Shown: one piece after another, positions 37,355 to 49,453 of the stretch
Layout of the letters: each line of letters begins with the position of its first letter
Numbering within the stretch: position 1 is the stretch's first letter
Origin: Vicugna vicugna
Taxonomy: Eukaryota
NCBI GenBank assembly: GCA_013265495.1
Contig: MU061579.1
Coordinates: 6,734,124 to 6,798,123, forward strand
Direction: 5' to 3'
Length of the DNA: 64,000 bases
Position numbers and translations under genes: made by a program
The notes under the pieces: generated by a model
Seen by the model: the letters and a program-made list of their open reading frames with translations, nothing else
The model's database searches: none
Told to the model about the DNA's origin: nothing

Positions 37355-37660
37355 CCTCTGTGGAAAACAGTATGGAGATTCAAAAGATAAGGAATACACT
37401 TACCATCTGACCCAGGAATCCCGCTCCTGGGCATATATCCAGAAGGAACCCTTCTTCAGAATGACACCTGCACCTCAATGTTCATAGCAGCACTATTTAC
37501 AATAGCCAAGACATGGAAACAGCCTAAACGTCCATCAACAGATGACTGAATAAAGAAGATGTGGTATATTTATACGATGGAATACTATTCAGCCACAAAA
37601 ACTGACAACGTAACACATTTGCTGCAACATGATGTTCCTGGAGAATGTCATTCTAAGTGA
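37355..37660 (+). pseudogene. L1 ORF2p C-terminal remnant
   Basis: Translates to PLWKTVWRF...PGIPLLGIYP...MFIAALFTIAKTWKQPK...KKMWYIYTMEYYSA, with stops. Confidence 0.9.
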
Positions 37661-39999
37661 AGTAAGCCAGAAAGGAAAGAAAAATACCATATGAGATCGC
37701 TCATATGAGGAATCTTAAAAAAAAAAAAATGAATGCAAAACAGAAATAGACTCATGGACATAGAATATAAACTTGTGGTTGCCAAGGGAACGGGGGAGTG
37801 GGAGGGGATAGACTGAGATTTTAAAATACAGAATAGATAAACAAGATTATACTGTATAGCACAGGGAAATATATACAAGATCTTGTAGCTCATAGCGAAA
37901 TAAATGTGACAGTGAATATATATGTATGTTCATGTATAACTGAATAATTGTGCTCTACACTAGAATTTGACACAGCATTGTAAAATGACTTAATAAAAAG
38001 TAAAAAAAAGTCTAAAATTAAAAAAAAAAGAAAAATAATATGAAAACAAATATATGTATGTATATGTATGACTGAAACTTTATTGTGCACCAGAAATTGA
38101 CACAACATTGTAAACTGAATATATTTCAATTTAAAATTAATTTTTAAAAGTTAAAAAAATTAAAAATGAGTCAATTACTTTCCAACATACCATCAATGAA
38201 CAATTGAAATTTGATGTTAAATATACACCACCATTTACATTAGGACCAAAAAGTGAAATAGGTCTAAATCTTAGGCATAAATATAACAAAATATATACAG
38301 AATATGTGAAGAAAGCTACAAAACTCTAATGAGAGAAATTTTTAAAGATCTAAATAATGAGGAGATCCCTGTTTATGGATAGGAAGACTTTATATTATTA
38401 AGATGTCAGTTTTTCCCCATTTGACCTATAGATTTGATGGAATATCAACAGAATGATTCTAAAGTTTATATGGAAAAGTAAAAGACCAAGAATAGGCAAC
38501 ACAATACTACAGAACAAAGTCAGAGGACTGATGCTGGAGTTTTGATTGGAATTACAATAAAATAGAATAGAGAGCCCAAATATAGACCCACACAAACATA
38601 GACAAATGATCCTTGACAAAGGAGCAAAAACATTTTGGTAGGGATAGAATCATCTTTTTCAATGAAAGGTACTGAAATAATTACATATCTATATGCAAAA
38701 AAAAGCTACAAACAGACTTTAGATGTTTCACAAAAATTAATTCAATGAATCATGGATCTAAATGTAAAATGCGAAACTACAAACTTTCTAGAAGATAACA
38801 TAAGAGAAAATCTAGATGACCTTGATTTTGGTGATGACTTTGAAACATCAGAAGTATTATTCATGAAAGAAAAAATAATAAGTTGGACTTCATAAAATTA
38901 AAAATGTCTGCTCTGTGAAAAATACTATTAAGTAAATGAAAAGACAAGCCACATGTTTGAAGAAAATACTTGTAAAACTCATAAAGAACTTGTATTCAAA
39001 ATACACAAAGAACTCTTAAAACCCAGCAATAAGAAAACAAAAACCCTAGCAAGAAAATGGTCAAAATTCTGAATAGGTACCTCATCAAAGATACATAAAT
39101 GGCAAATAAGCATATGAAAAGATAATCAACATTATATGTCATTAGGGAATTGCAAATTAAAACAATAACATAACATTACCCACCTATGAGAATGGTTACA
39201 ACCTAAAAAATTGACAATACCAAATGTTGATGAAGACGTAGAGCAACAGGAAATCTCACTCATTGCTGATGGAAATGCAAAATTTTACAGCCACTTTGAA
39301 AGATGGTTTGGTATGTGTTACAAAGTTAGACATAGTCTTACCATTTGATCTAGCAATCACACTTGTAGGTGTTTTCACAACTGAGTTGAAAATTTATGTA
39401 CACACAAAAACTTGCATACAAACATTTATAGCAACTTTATTTATAACCGCTCAAAACCGGAAACAATGAAAATGTCTTTCTTACTAGTAAATGGATAAAC
39501 AAATGGAATTTTATTCAGTTCTAAAAAGAAATGAGCTATCAAGCCATAAAAAGACATAAAGTAACATTAAATGTATATTGCTAAGTGAAAAAAGCTACAA
39601 ATTTTGTGGTTCCAACTATATGACATTTTAGAAAATGCAAAACTGTAGAAATAGCAAAAGGATCAGTGATTGCCAGGGGTTCATTGGGCAGGGAAGAGAA
39701 AAGAAAAGATGAAGTATGGAGGACTTTTAAGGCAGTAAAAATATTATGTTTGACGCTGTAATATCAGATGACATGCATTTGTCAAATACCATAGAACTGT
39801 ACAATACAGAGTGAACCTTAAGACCATAGATTTTCGTTAATAACAGTGTATCAATAGTGATTCATTAATTGTAACAAATATACCACGATAATGTAAGATG
39901 TTAATAATGGGGAAACTGTGTATGCAGGGAGGGGTATATGGGAATTCACTCTAATACTTGCTCAATTTTTCTGAAAATCAAATATAAAATAAGTGCTAC

Positions 40000-40400
40000 A
40001 ACTAAAACTGACAAAAGTAAGTTACATCAATTACATAAGCAATTCCCAAAAGTAAAGATGAAAAACCAGAAAATTTAGTAGAAAAATAGGCAAAAGTTAC
40101 AATTACAGGCAATTCATAGAAGGCGAATGCCAGAAAACTAACAAATAATATAGAGGTGCCTAAATTTGCTAGTATTAAGAATAATGCAGATTAAAACAAC
40201 AGTGAAATAACCCTGTATATCCTTTAAATGGGCAAACATTAGGAGATCAGATAATGGCAAGTTTTAAGATTGTAAGACAATAAGAACTGTAACACAGTAC
40301 ATTTATGTAAATTAAAACACATAAATCCACAAAAGAACATTTCATACATTTATTTAAGGATACCTAGATATATGAAAACATCTAGTATACAGTTAGAGTG
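40000..40400 (+). mobile_element. Old L1 ORF2 3' fragment
   Basis: GAAAAATAGGCAAAAG...ATGCAGATTAAAACAACAGTGAAATA. Confidence 0.6.
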
Positions 40401-41119
40401 AATTTCTATGATGTGGAGGAAATGAGTCAGAAAGTAAAATGAAAAGAAAAAATAGCAAGTAAAACTAGAAAGAAGCATAGACCAATGATAATGCACCATG
40501 AACTTGAAGGATGTGATGAGTTCAACTCCACATCTGAGATCCAAATACTAAAATAGGAAAATTAAGGAAATACAGCAGAAAGCTTTGAGAACAATTGGAA
40601 ATCGAGACATATTATGTGATATATTCAAAGCAGCACAGGAAAGATATTTCTAAATGTCGCAGCACAAGCTGTTTCAATGAAAGTCATAAGAGTGAAGTTA
40701 AGATAGAAGCCAAGTAATCAATGATCAAAGCATGCAATGGTAGAGACAATGCCAAAGGCCTAGAAATCTCACAAAAAATGGAGAAAAAAGAAAGTTTAAA
40801 AGTTTGAAAGTTTAAATGGGGCATAAAAGTATAATGAAAAACTTTAAAATACCTTGATTCTGTTTTTACAGTGGAAATGTCCAGTGCTGGAGAATTATGT
40901 CAGAAAAAAAGAATTCAGGAAAAAAAATTATAAAAGTTGAAATTGTCTTTATTGATTAAAGTTGGCTAAGGATAAACTATACAAGAGTCTGAAGGGAAAA
41001 TATAGAATAGCAAAAGGTCTATTAGAAAAGATCAAGATAGAAGGTACATATAGAAATCATCCAAATCACTGAAATATAAGACACTCCACAATGCATAGGA
41101 GAGAGTAAGGGCAATATTG

Positions 41120-41310
41120 TGAAGTGGTTGACTAAACTTTTTCTTGTTGGAAAACTCAGACTTAGATTTTGAGCTTACCTCCACTCATTGGTCTTGAGCA
41201 AATACTTAAGTAATACTTACTTAAAGTTCAGTACTTCTTTAAATGGATGTTAGGAGAATTAAATGAAATAACACATATAAATTCCTGGCACATGATAAGT
41301 ATCATTACTA
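41120..41310 (+). mobile_element. MIR SINE
   Basis: TCTTGAGCAAATACTTAAG...GAGAATTAAATGAAATAACACATATAAATTCCTGGCACATGATAAG. Confidence 0.7.
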
Positions 41311-41422
41311 GCAGCATCAGTACCCATTATTTATTTATCTTTCTTTTGCCCACAACACCTATTAGAGAGCATCTAGGAAATGTATAGATTTTCAAAAGGG
41401 AGATGATCAATTATTATATTAA

Positions 41423-41465
41423 GGGTGGGTGGGTAGGTAGATAGATAGATAGATAGATAGATAGA
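41423..41465. repeat. (GGGT)n-(AGAT)n microsatellite
   Basis: Seen directly. Confidence 0.9.
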
Positions 41466-41594
41466 ACATAAGAGATAATCTATGTTAAAGGATTATTTGA
41501 AGAAAATAAAGAAGTTAGAGTATCATTAAGAGGATAAAAGGCTACAGTCTCAGAAGTCAAAATTGAAGGAGGTGTGGAGAGAAAGCTGTTAATA

Positions 41595-42315
41595 TCTGAG
41601 GGGTTCTGGACCTAATTAGGATGTATGAGGGTGGGAGGGATTTTCCCCCACATCCAAGCAATTCTCCAACATCAGCTTAGTGTCCTACAATTCAACTCAG
41701 TTCTGACACTGTCTACCTGGAGATAGTGTCAGATCCCACAGGTTAAAGGCTCAGTCTTACAAGATTGCCCCCCACACATACTCACACACACTTCAGACAC
41801 CAGTCACAAACCCAAGTTGTCTTTTACCTATGTTTCTGACTGAATGGCTATAGGATTGGAGATTCCATTGACCCTTTACTCAGGTTTGATTAATTTGCCA
41901 GAGTGGCTCACAGAACTCAGAAATGTTTTTCTTAACTAGATTTTTCATGTATTATAAAAGACCATAACTCAGGGACAGCCCTATGGAAGAGATGCACAGG
42001 GAAAGATATGGGAGAAAGGCTTGGAACTTCCATGCCCTCCCCAGGTAGACCATTCTCCAAATCTCTTAGGGTTCACCAACATGGGAGCTCTCTGAACCCC
42101 ATCCTTTTGTGTTTTTATGGAGGCTTTATTAAATAGGCATGACTAAATGATTAAATCACTGGCCACTGGTGACTGGATTCCATCTCCAGCCCCTGTCCCC
42201 TCCTTTGATGTCAGGGGAATGGACCTGAAAGTTCTAACCTTCTGATCACATAGTTGGCTCCACTGGCAACCAGCCCCCAACCTTAGGTGGTGTCCAAAAG
42301 TCACATTCATTACAG
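41595..42315 (-). mobile_element. MER21-type LTR
   Basis: GTGTCCTACAATTCAACTCAGTTCTGACACTGTCTACCTGGAGATAGTGTCAGATCCCACAGGTTAAAGGCTCAGTC and TGGCTCACAGAACTCAG match recalled MER21. Confidence 0.88.
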
Positions 42316-42334
42316 TTTCATATGTTCTAATCAA

Positions 42335-42515
42335 TTATGAAAGTTAGTTGTTGAGTATATGTGTCAAGAACAATCTTATGATGTGAATAGTATTATCCTG
42401 AGTTTACATGAAAGAAAATTAAGGCATAAAAAGAAATTTTCCCAGGGTCAACACAGCTTACTAGCAGACCAAGGATTACCCAGTTCCAAGTTGAGAGCTC
42501 CTTCAACTACATGAA
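42335..42515 (-). mobile_element. MIR SINE
   Basis: TATTATCCTGAGTTTACATGAAAGAAAATTAAGGCATAA...CCCAGGGTCAACACAGCT. Confidence 0.65.
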
Positions 42516-43954
42516 ATACGTTTTGTCATTAAGTGTTATTATTTGAATGTGTTCTTGTTAAACATTTTGTAGGATTAAGCCTGTCAATGATAGAAGAGTA
42601 ATGCTGTATGAGGTAGAAGTTTGCCAGGAGTGCCAAGATTATTCACATTTGGATGCGTGGGTAGGAAAATTGAAGCAACATCTGCTGCCCCTCCATGGTC
42701 CAGTGCACAGAACTATAAAAAATGAAAAAAAAATTTTTTAAATGAACAACCAGTCCCAAAGGAACCTCTGAAGGGAGAAGGCAGACTTTAAACTGAACCA
42801 CAGAATTATTTCAAAGCTAATTAGAAGCTACAAATGTGGAAAAGAAAATTTCAATGCAGTATATTTAGAGCAAGGAAAGAATGAATTGGCAGACTGTATT
42901 CTATCCACAGCCAAACTAGATTATCCAGCCTGGCACTACCCACCCTTTTGTTCAACTGTTTTTTTTTGACTAGCATGGCCTTTATTGCACTCATGAAGTA
43001 AAGTGAAGGAAAGAGCATAACTCTCCTCTCCAATCATTGCAAAATGCTCCCTTGAACTAGGCAATAATTACATGGAAAATTGTATCCAAAAGTTGAAACA
43101 GGTGGTGAAACCATGGCTGAGTCATTGCCCATGGTCAATGAGAGCCTATGGAGTCAGAGGAGCCTTAGACAAAAATCGCACCAGCATCTCTTTTCAGTCC
43201 AGCCACTACTGACCCAGACTGTGGACCCACATAAAGGGGAAATGAAAATAGGAGGTTGAGAGATCTCTGTGGGACCACAGCCCTTGCTCACCATCCATGG
43301 TTTTATGTTCCGTCTGTGACAGGTGATTTGCTGACCACCACACTGCTTGAGTGTAAGTCCAAAGCCACCTTAAGTAGGCATCTATGGAAAGCATCATAGG
43401 AGCACTAAGGACTTTGGGAACTGCAGAAACTACAACAGTGAAACATCTTACTCTTCTTCAGTATTTTTGTTCCACTAGTGATTGAAGAAAACAGTTGTTA
43501 ATTAGTCCTTCCTCTCACTCCTGCATGCCTAACCCAGAAACATTATCTCTGCTAAATTCAACCCACATTATTTACTTAGAGTAGAAAGGAAGAGAGCTTT
43601 TTCTTTGAAGCAAATAAGTAATTACATTAAATTTTGTGCACTAAATTACAGGCTATGGGCTGCAATATACAAGTGTAAATAAATTAAATTATTAGCAAAT
43701 ATAATGTACACAAAAGAAAGGCAAAATGGAGTTGCTAAGGCCCTTTTTCAGGGCTGACAAAACACATTTATCCAGAGGTCAGCCTTATGACAATTTTGAC
43801 TCTCTGTAGATAGGATACGTAACTGGTTTGAACACTGAAATAATATTCATCACTAAGCACTTTACATACAATTCTATTTACCACAAGTTTATTGAGAACC
43901 CACTAGGTGCTTGATGCTGGGGAGAAAATGTTTAATGAGACTTTAGCAGAGACT

Positions 43955-44620
43955 GTAGTTGCTAACTAACTATAGTATCCTTCCAGCCCTTCCGCCTAAC
44001 ATTTTGTTGAGCACATTGCTATCCATAGAAAAGACTACATTTCCAAGACTCCCTGGCTGCTTGGGATGACCATGTTACTGAATTCTGGCCAGTGAGATGT
44101 AAGAGATGTGGTATAAAACTAATAAGCAATATTCTAAAAGGGAGGAGCTATATATTTTTCCATTTCTTTCTTCCTGCTATCAATTATAGTAAAGAAGTGG
44201 CTGGAGTTAGGAAGTGGCATTCAGGCCATTAAAACCATTCACTAAGATGCTAAAGGAGGAAGCTGATTTGTAGCATTAGGCTTCATGGGCCAGGAGGTCT
44301 CTTTCAAAGCTATTCAGCTGTGCCATTATAACTAAGAAGCAGCCATAAACAGTGCCTAAAAGAATGGATGTGTTCCACTAAAACTTTATTTACAAAACAG
44401 ATTGCCAATACATTGACACTAGTTTACCAACCCAAGAAAAAAAGAGTAAAACGAGAAGATGGAAGGAATTTGCCAATGGAAAATATGTCATATAGCCCTT
44501 AGACTTCCTAACCTCCACACGTTCTTTCTATGAAAATAAATCCATTTCTACCTTTTTAAGGCTACTTTTATTGGAAGTGTTTCCCTATTACATAGAGTGA
44601 AAACTAAACCTAAGTATTAC
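43955..44620 (+). mobile_element. MLT1 (H/J-like) LTR containing a MER58 insertion
   Basis: AAAGACTACATTTCCAAGACTCCCTGGCTGC...CCATGTTACTGAATTCTGGCCAGTGAGATGTAAG; end ...AACCTAAGTATTACA. Confidence 0.8.
44270..44433. mobile_element. MER58A-type MITE
   Basis: GCAGCCATAAACAG...GATGTGTTCCACTAAAACTTTATTTACAAAACAG...TAGTTTACCAACCC. Confidence 0.8.
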
Positions 44621-44624
44621 AAAT

Positions 44625-45250
44625 ATAGGATTTCTGCATCAAAGTGTTAGAATTTTGTGGGTCAGTCTGGCAGTTAAACATTGAATTTCTGTACAGTATG
44701 GAAATTGTTATGGTGATAAAATCAAAGAATATAGAGAAGAGGTGTCAAATCTAAATGGGGAAATAGGCAGAATTAGGGAAGACTTTTTAGAGCAAGAGAC
44801 AGTACAGATGAGTTTCAAAGATTAGCCAAATGAAGTTATCCAAATGAAGAAAATGGAAGAGAGTGTTCCAGAAAGCAGCAGCAGGATATGCAAACATCCC
44901 CAAGTGATCATGAAAGCCAGATCACGAGGAGCTTTATGTGACAAATAAAAGAATCTTATCTTTATCCTAAAGATATTGGTTCATCAAGGACTGCATCGGT
45001 GGAAGTGATTCTATTAGGTTTGCATTTTAAGAATATCAGTTTGGCTGCAGGTGTGAGGGTGGTAGGAGATGGGGAGGACAGAATGTAGAGAAATCAGTTG
45101 TGAAGGATTTGTAATAATCCACAGAAATGAGAGTGGGCCTGGCTAAGGTGACAGTAGTAGATCTGGAAAGATGGGCTTGACTTGAGATTTAGAAAGTAGA
45201 ATTTCTGATATGGGGATAGATTGGATTGAAGAAGTGGACGGTAAACAACA
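44625..45250 (-). mobile_element. L2 fragment (continuing from ~43870-43950)
   Basis: GCCAGATCACGAGGAGCTTTATG...TTTATCCTAAAG...AGGTTTGCATTTTAAGAATATCAGTTTGGCTGC. Confidence 0.75.
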
Positions 45251-46029
45251 GAGAGAAGTTCCTTGTTCATCCCTCCAATGTTAGACCTTTTTCCATAACA
45301 CCAAAAATTTAAAACTTGAAATTAATGGTTTACCCAGTATTGCAGCCTCACAGAAGATCAGAAGTGGCAAACAGGAAAGGCTGTTGAGAGGGCTTTTAAA
45401 GGCTGCTAACCCAACAAAAGTAGTGAGAGATGAGAGTCTGCTATTGAGAAAAGGGTCAAAGCTGTATGTGGACAAGGAAATTGACAAGAGTTCATAATTA
45501 TTATCCTGGGACATCTATAAATGCTAGAAATGCCTTCCATTACCTTCCGCTTAAGCAGGCAAGAAACCAAGCTATACATTTTAAAAATATACCATAATAA
45601 ATATGTTTAAATGTTCAAGGTGTTGATGTTTCAAGAGGCAGTGTTCGTTTAACTGGAAATTTCACTTGTACGGTATATCTTACTCTCCAAAGAAGTTATC
45701 TAAATGAGGCATACATCTATTAATAGTCTTTTGCTAATTTAGGTTTTGAGTTCTCTAGCTGTTAATTGATTGTTTTTAATTTTTTCCCACTTTTCCTATT
45801 AAATAGTATGACTTTGGGGAATAGTGAAATGAATTAATTATATTGATGTGCTTAGAAGTGAAGAGCCAGAAAGGACCTTTAGAGGTCAAACAGCTGAAAG
45901 GTCCTCCCTCCTGCTGCCATTACTCTCTGTAGCCTGGATACTTGCTACTTATTCTTTAGTCACAGCTCTGGTTTTACTTCCCTCAGACTCAACTAAATCC
46001 ATTGTGCTAATGCCTTACATTTCATTCGC

Positions 46030-46185
46030 CACATCATGTAATGGTCACCCATTAATGAGCCAACTTCTTCAACTACGTGAATTTCTTCAGAGTAGGACAA
46101 TGCTCAGTTGTCCTTATAAGTCTGATGCAGCACAGTGCTTGGCACAAAACAGGTTCTCAATAAATGTGTATTAAATAAAGGCATG
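46030..46185 (+). mobile_element. L2 3' end
   Basis: GCACAGTGCTTGGCACAAAACAGGTTCTCAATAAATGTGTATTAAAT. Confidence 0.8.
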
Positions 46186-48650
46186 AACTAAACCCTGACT
46201 TTGCCTTCAACTACAATTTTCTCTCAAGCCATCAATGGACAATTAGAATGCAGCCTATTTTGAAGGAAGGGGATATCATCATATTTATGCTTTATTACCG
46301 TAACTACTAAAAGCCAGCTACATGAATGATTAAAACATCAACCACATTTGCTTTCTCAAAACCTTTCATAGAACTCCAAGTGTCTGGTCCCACAATAGTT
46401 TCTTGGAAAATTTGGGGAACCCTTTGTGATCTATGAACTATGAAGAAACAGATCATATCCTAGTTCCCATTTTTTTTTCCAGGTTTTGCCATCTATCTTT
46501 GTTTTGCTTTTGTTTAGATTTCACAATGGGGCATTAAATTCTTCTTACTTCACATTGTGTGCTGACCCAGATTTTCCTAAAAAAATTCTTGTATTTTGCA
46601 ACCTACTCCTTTTTTTTTAATGAGGACACAACAAAAAAATGCATCCACTCACCTTAATTTTTTCTTCACCCTTAAAAGAGTCCCTTCAGAAGTGTACTTG
46701 AACTGCATAGCTGAGCTGACATTGCAGATCTAGCTAGCAATTCCATTTGTCCCATCTGAAATCATACTGGCAGAATTGCTGCCTGGAGGGATGGGAAAGG
46801 CAACATTTTGTAGAAGGTGATGTTCAAATACAGGTGTGTCTTAGTAGTGAGATACAGGTGATTTTTCCTTGAACACTGGACACTGTGGATGGTTGGTGAT
46901 TAGTCCACAGTAATGTGCACTACAGTGTTTCCAAGTTCCCCTAACATCTTCTGTCTTAGTTTTGCCTACAGCATGCTCTAGCCATGCTTTTTAACCTTTC
47001 TTCCTAGATTCTCACCCTAATTCTTCCATTGTTTTCCTTCTTTTTGCCTCTGGACCTAGCAAGAGATCAGACTGAGCAACATCTGTTCAGTGCCTACTTA
47101 ACTGTATTACACTCTGAAAAGATAAGGAGGGAAAAACATCTTTCTGTCCCTTCCTCCGGGTAAACTGTTCACTGTCAAAAACAATTAAATTGGCATTTGG
47201 AGCAATTTCTCACTTTCACTTGTTATTAAATAGAACATTGTTGCCTGTCCAATGGAGTCAATTTAGAGAGATATAAACTTAGCCAAATTAGCTGTTTCCT
47301 TGTATGTCTTTAAGTCAACTGGTTCCAACAGTAGAGGAACCAGCACTGTATTCACAAAAGGTGTACATCAGCTGTAGGTTGATCTAGAAGTAATAAGGAT
47401 GATGCTTGATACTGATTATTTCCATTACTGGATAGATCTAGTTACTGCTTTAAGAGATGATAACATTTTTATGGAAACTATAACTTTCTTAAATATTTCC
47501 TCTAAAACAGTCTTTTTCTGTGTTTCTGGAAATCAGAATAGCTGTATATTGCCCTTTGTCTTTCTCTCATCTATATTTCTTAATGTCTTTTCTTATTTTT
47601 AATCTCCTTCTCTCTCTGAGAGGAAGTCTGTCACCAAGTTCTGCCACTGAAGTCCTTGCCCATCATCTCAGAACTATGTTAAGTCTCCAGCATAAATTCT
47701 GGACATTGGTTATACATGAAGAGTGCACCAGTGACATGGTTAAGAATGACTCAGAAAGTGAAGTCCAGATGCCATTCGATATAATGAAACAATCACATGT
47801 AGTACCTTAGACTGGATCAATAGTGTTAACTATTATGAAAGTCATAAACTCTTCTGTAAAAATTAAGCATACAGTCATAAACATAAATAATACGGGGTCT
47901 TGATCTGGGATTCCATATGCTAACAAAATTTAAATTAAAAAACCATGCTAAAAATTTGCTTTTACTCATCTGTGCCTATTAATTTTATCAATGTCACTAA
48001 AATCAGGCCATTTTTTTTACTAAAATTTATTATCTAGCTTGAAAAGATATTGATTATTAAATTAATTTGTGGGAAGGTAACTATATTTGACAAAGCAAAT
48101 AAGATAGAAATATTATGTTCCCCAACTCTTACTTTCTTAACCACCAAGTAAAGATCTGCACAAATATACTTGAACTGCTGAACTGAGATGATCTGTTTCT
48201 ACTGAGAACTAAAACAGTTAACATAATTCTTTTCTCTTTTGGTGGAGTGGGTAGCTCTGTGATAAATTTTTTATCATGTATAGCTAACTGTCTCTCCCCT
48301 GACTCCATCCACACCTTCAAAAATATTTGGAAATTAGAAACACAGAAGTTATTGTTATTAGTATGGCTTTAATGATGTCTATGAGCCAGACAGTCAATAA
48401 TACTGTCTAGTGTCCACTGTGGTCTTACAGTGCACTGACAATTTTACAAAAAGTAGGAGATAAACTCCCAATACCCTTTTTAATTTTCATTTTATACAGA
48501 TAAGAATATTAAAGCCTAGAAGAAGAATGGACCCTGTATCCCACAGAACTATTAAAAGAAAAGCAGTGTATTTTAAGTGTACAATACAGATTCTATTATA
48601 GTATCATTGTTTATAGTATCATGGTATATTACATGTACCATTATTTATAG

Positions 48651-48822
48651 TTAGAATTGTTATATTTAGCAAATAAAAGTAGAAAATATCCAGTTAAATT
48701 TAAATTTTGTGTAAGCAACAAATACATTTTTGCTATAAGTATATCCCAAATAGTGCATGGGATATATTTATGCTACTAAAAACGCATTTTTTAGATTTCC
48801 TGTAATTTACCTAGCAGTGCTA
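48651..48822. mobile_element. MER53-type palindromic hAT MITE
   Basis: ATTTAGCAAATAAAAG...CCAGTTAAATTTAAATTT...TATAAGTATATCCCAAATAGTGCATGGGATATATTTAT, with a palindromic centre. Confidence 0.85.
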
Positions 48823-48999
48823 TTTATATATTATTGATTATCTCCATGTTACAGATGAGAAAATTGAAGTATAAAGTACCACCAAACCATTAAAGGAAGA
48901 GCAATGTGCATTAAGGCTATAACATTGATTCTGTTTGCCAGATGGTTGAAACCAGAGCTGTGGAGAAATTACGTCATGTCACTTCTAGTGGTGCTTAAA

Positions 49000-49453
49000 C
49001 TTCACAAGGAGAGATGGCTGTAACTTCGTAACATCTATGCCCATAGTTCTCTCAGGGCTGCAGACAGTTCCCAGCTCTATGAAAAGTTTACGACCACAAG
49101 GGCCTCTTCTCTCTGCTCGTCTTTTTCTCTGCCTGAGTGAGTGTTCTCTCCAGCACCTCAGGAGTTTGCCAGACTGCACTCAGATGCAACCTGGAAGTGC
49201 CAGGAATGCTTCTGTGAGCACTGATAAGGCAGTGGGAGAAAGAGGAGAGGAAAGAGATGACCAGCCTCCCCATCCTTGTAGAAGGTCACCTGAAGAATTG
49301 CTCCCTAAGGATTCATAGTTATAATCCACCTCTCTTCTCCGTCCCTGCCTCCCTCCCTGCTTTCCTTTGCGCCTCCTAAGTGCACTAGCTAAAACCTTTA
49401 TCAAGTAAGTCCTTGTCCCATGGACTGCTCTTCTAGGAACCCAAACCCAGACA
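49000..49453 (+). mobile_element. Old ERVL-like LTR
   Basis: Terminal CTGCTCTTCTAGGAACCCAAACCCAGACA resembles ERVL LTR 3' ends. Start approximate. Confidence 0.5.

Larger units (their letters stand above)
34974..38029 (+). mobile_element. ORF2-deleted ('half') L1: 5' UTR, ORF1, ORF2 C-terminal remnant, 3' UTR, A-tail
   Basis: Starts GGGAGAGAAGCAAGATGGCGG (L1 5' YY1 motif). Perfect TSD GAAAAATAATATGA at 34960-34973 and 38030-38043. Jumps from the inter-ORF spacer to PLWKTVWRF at ~37354. Confidence 0.92.
34846..38163 (+). mobile_element. L1 3' UTR fragment attached to the SINE (34846-34973 plus 38044-~38163), split by the half-L1
   Basis: GGGAGATCAAGATTTGCAGATAC...GCACAGGGAACTATATTCAATATCTTGTAGTAAC continues after 38043 with TATATGTATG...CCAGAAATTGACACAACATTGTAAACTG. 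Confidence 0.85.
33470..39992 (+). mobile_element. Old L1MC-type element (ORF2 RT region to 3' UTR), interrupted at ~34750-38163
   Basis: Decayed ORF2 (CATGACCAAGTGGGATTTATTCCAGGATGCAA; TTCACAGATAATATGATTG). Collinearity resumes at ~38164 (GAGTCAATTACTTTCC). L1MC-like 3' UTR (TAATTGTAACAAATATACCAC...GATGTTAATAATGGGGAAACTG). Confidence 0.88.

Noticed and set aside
46907..46928. miR-199-3p-like sequence ACAGTAATGTGCAC
   Set aside because: Seed and body mismatch, and the hairpin has a large asymmetric loop unlike a pre-miRNA.
48651..48822. Palindrome as a novel structured RNA
   Set aside because: Explained by the MER53-type MITE.
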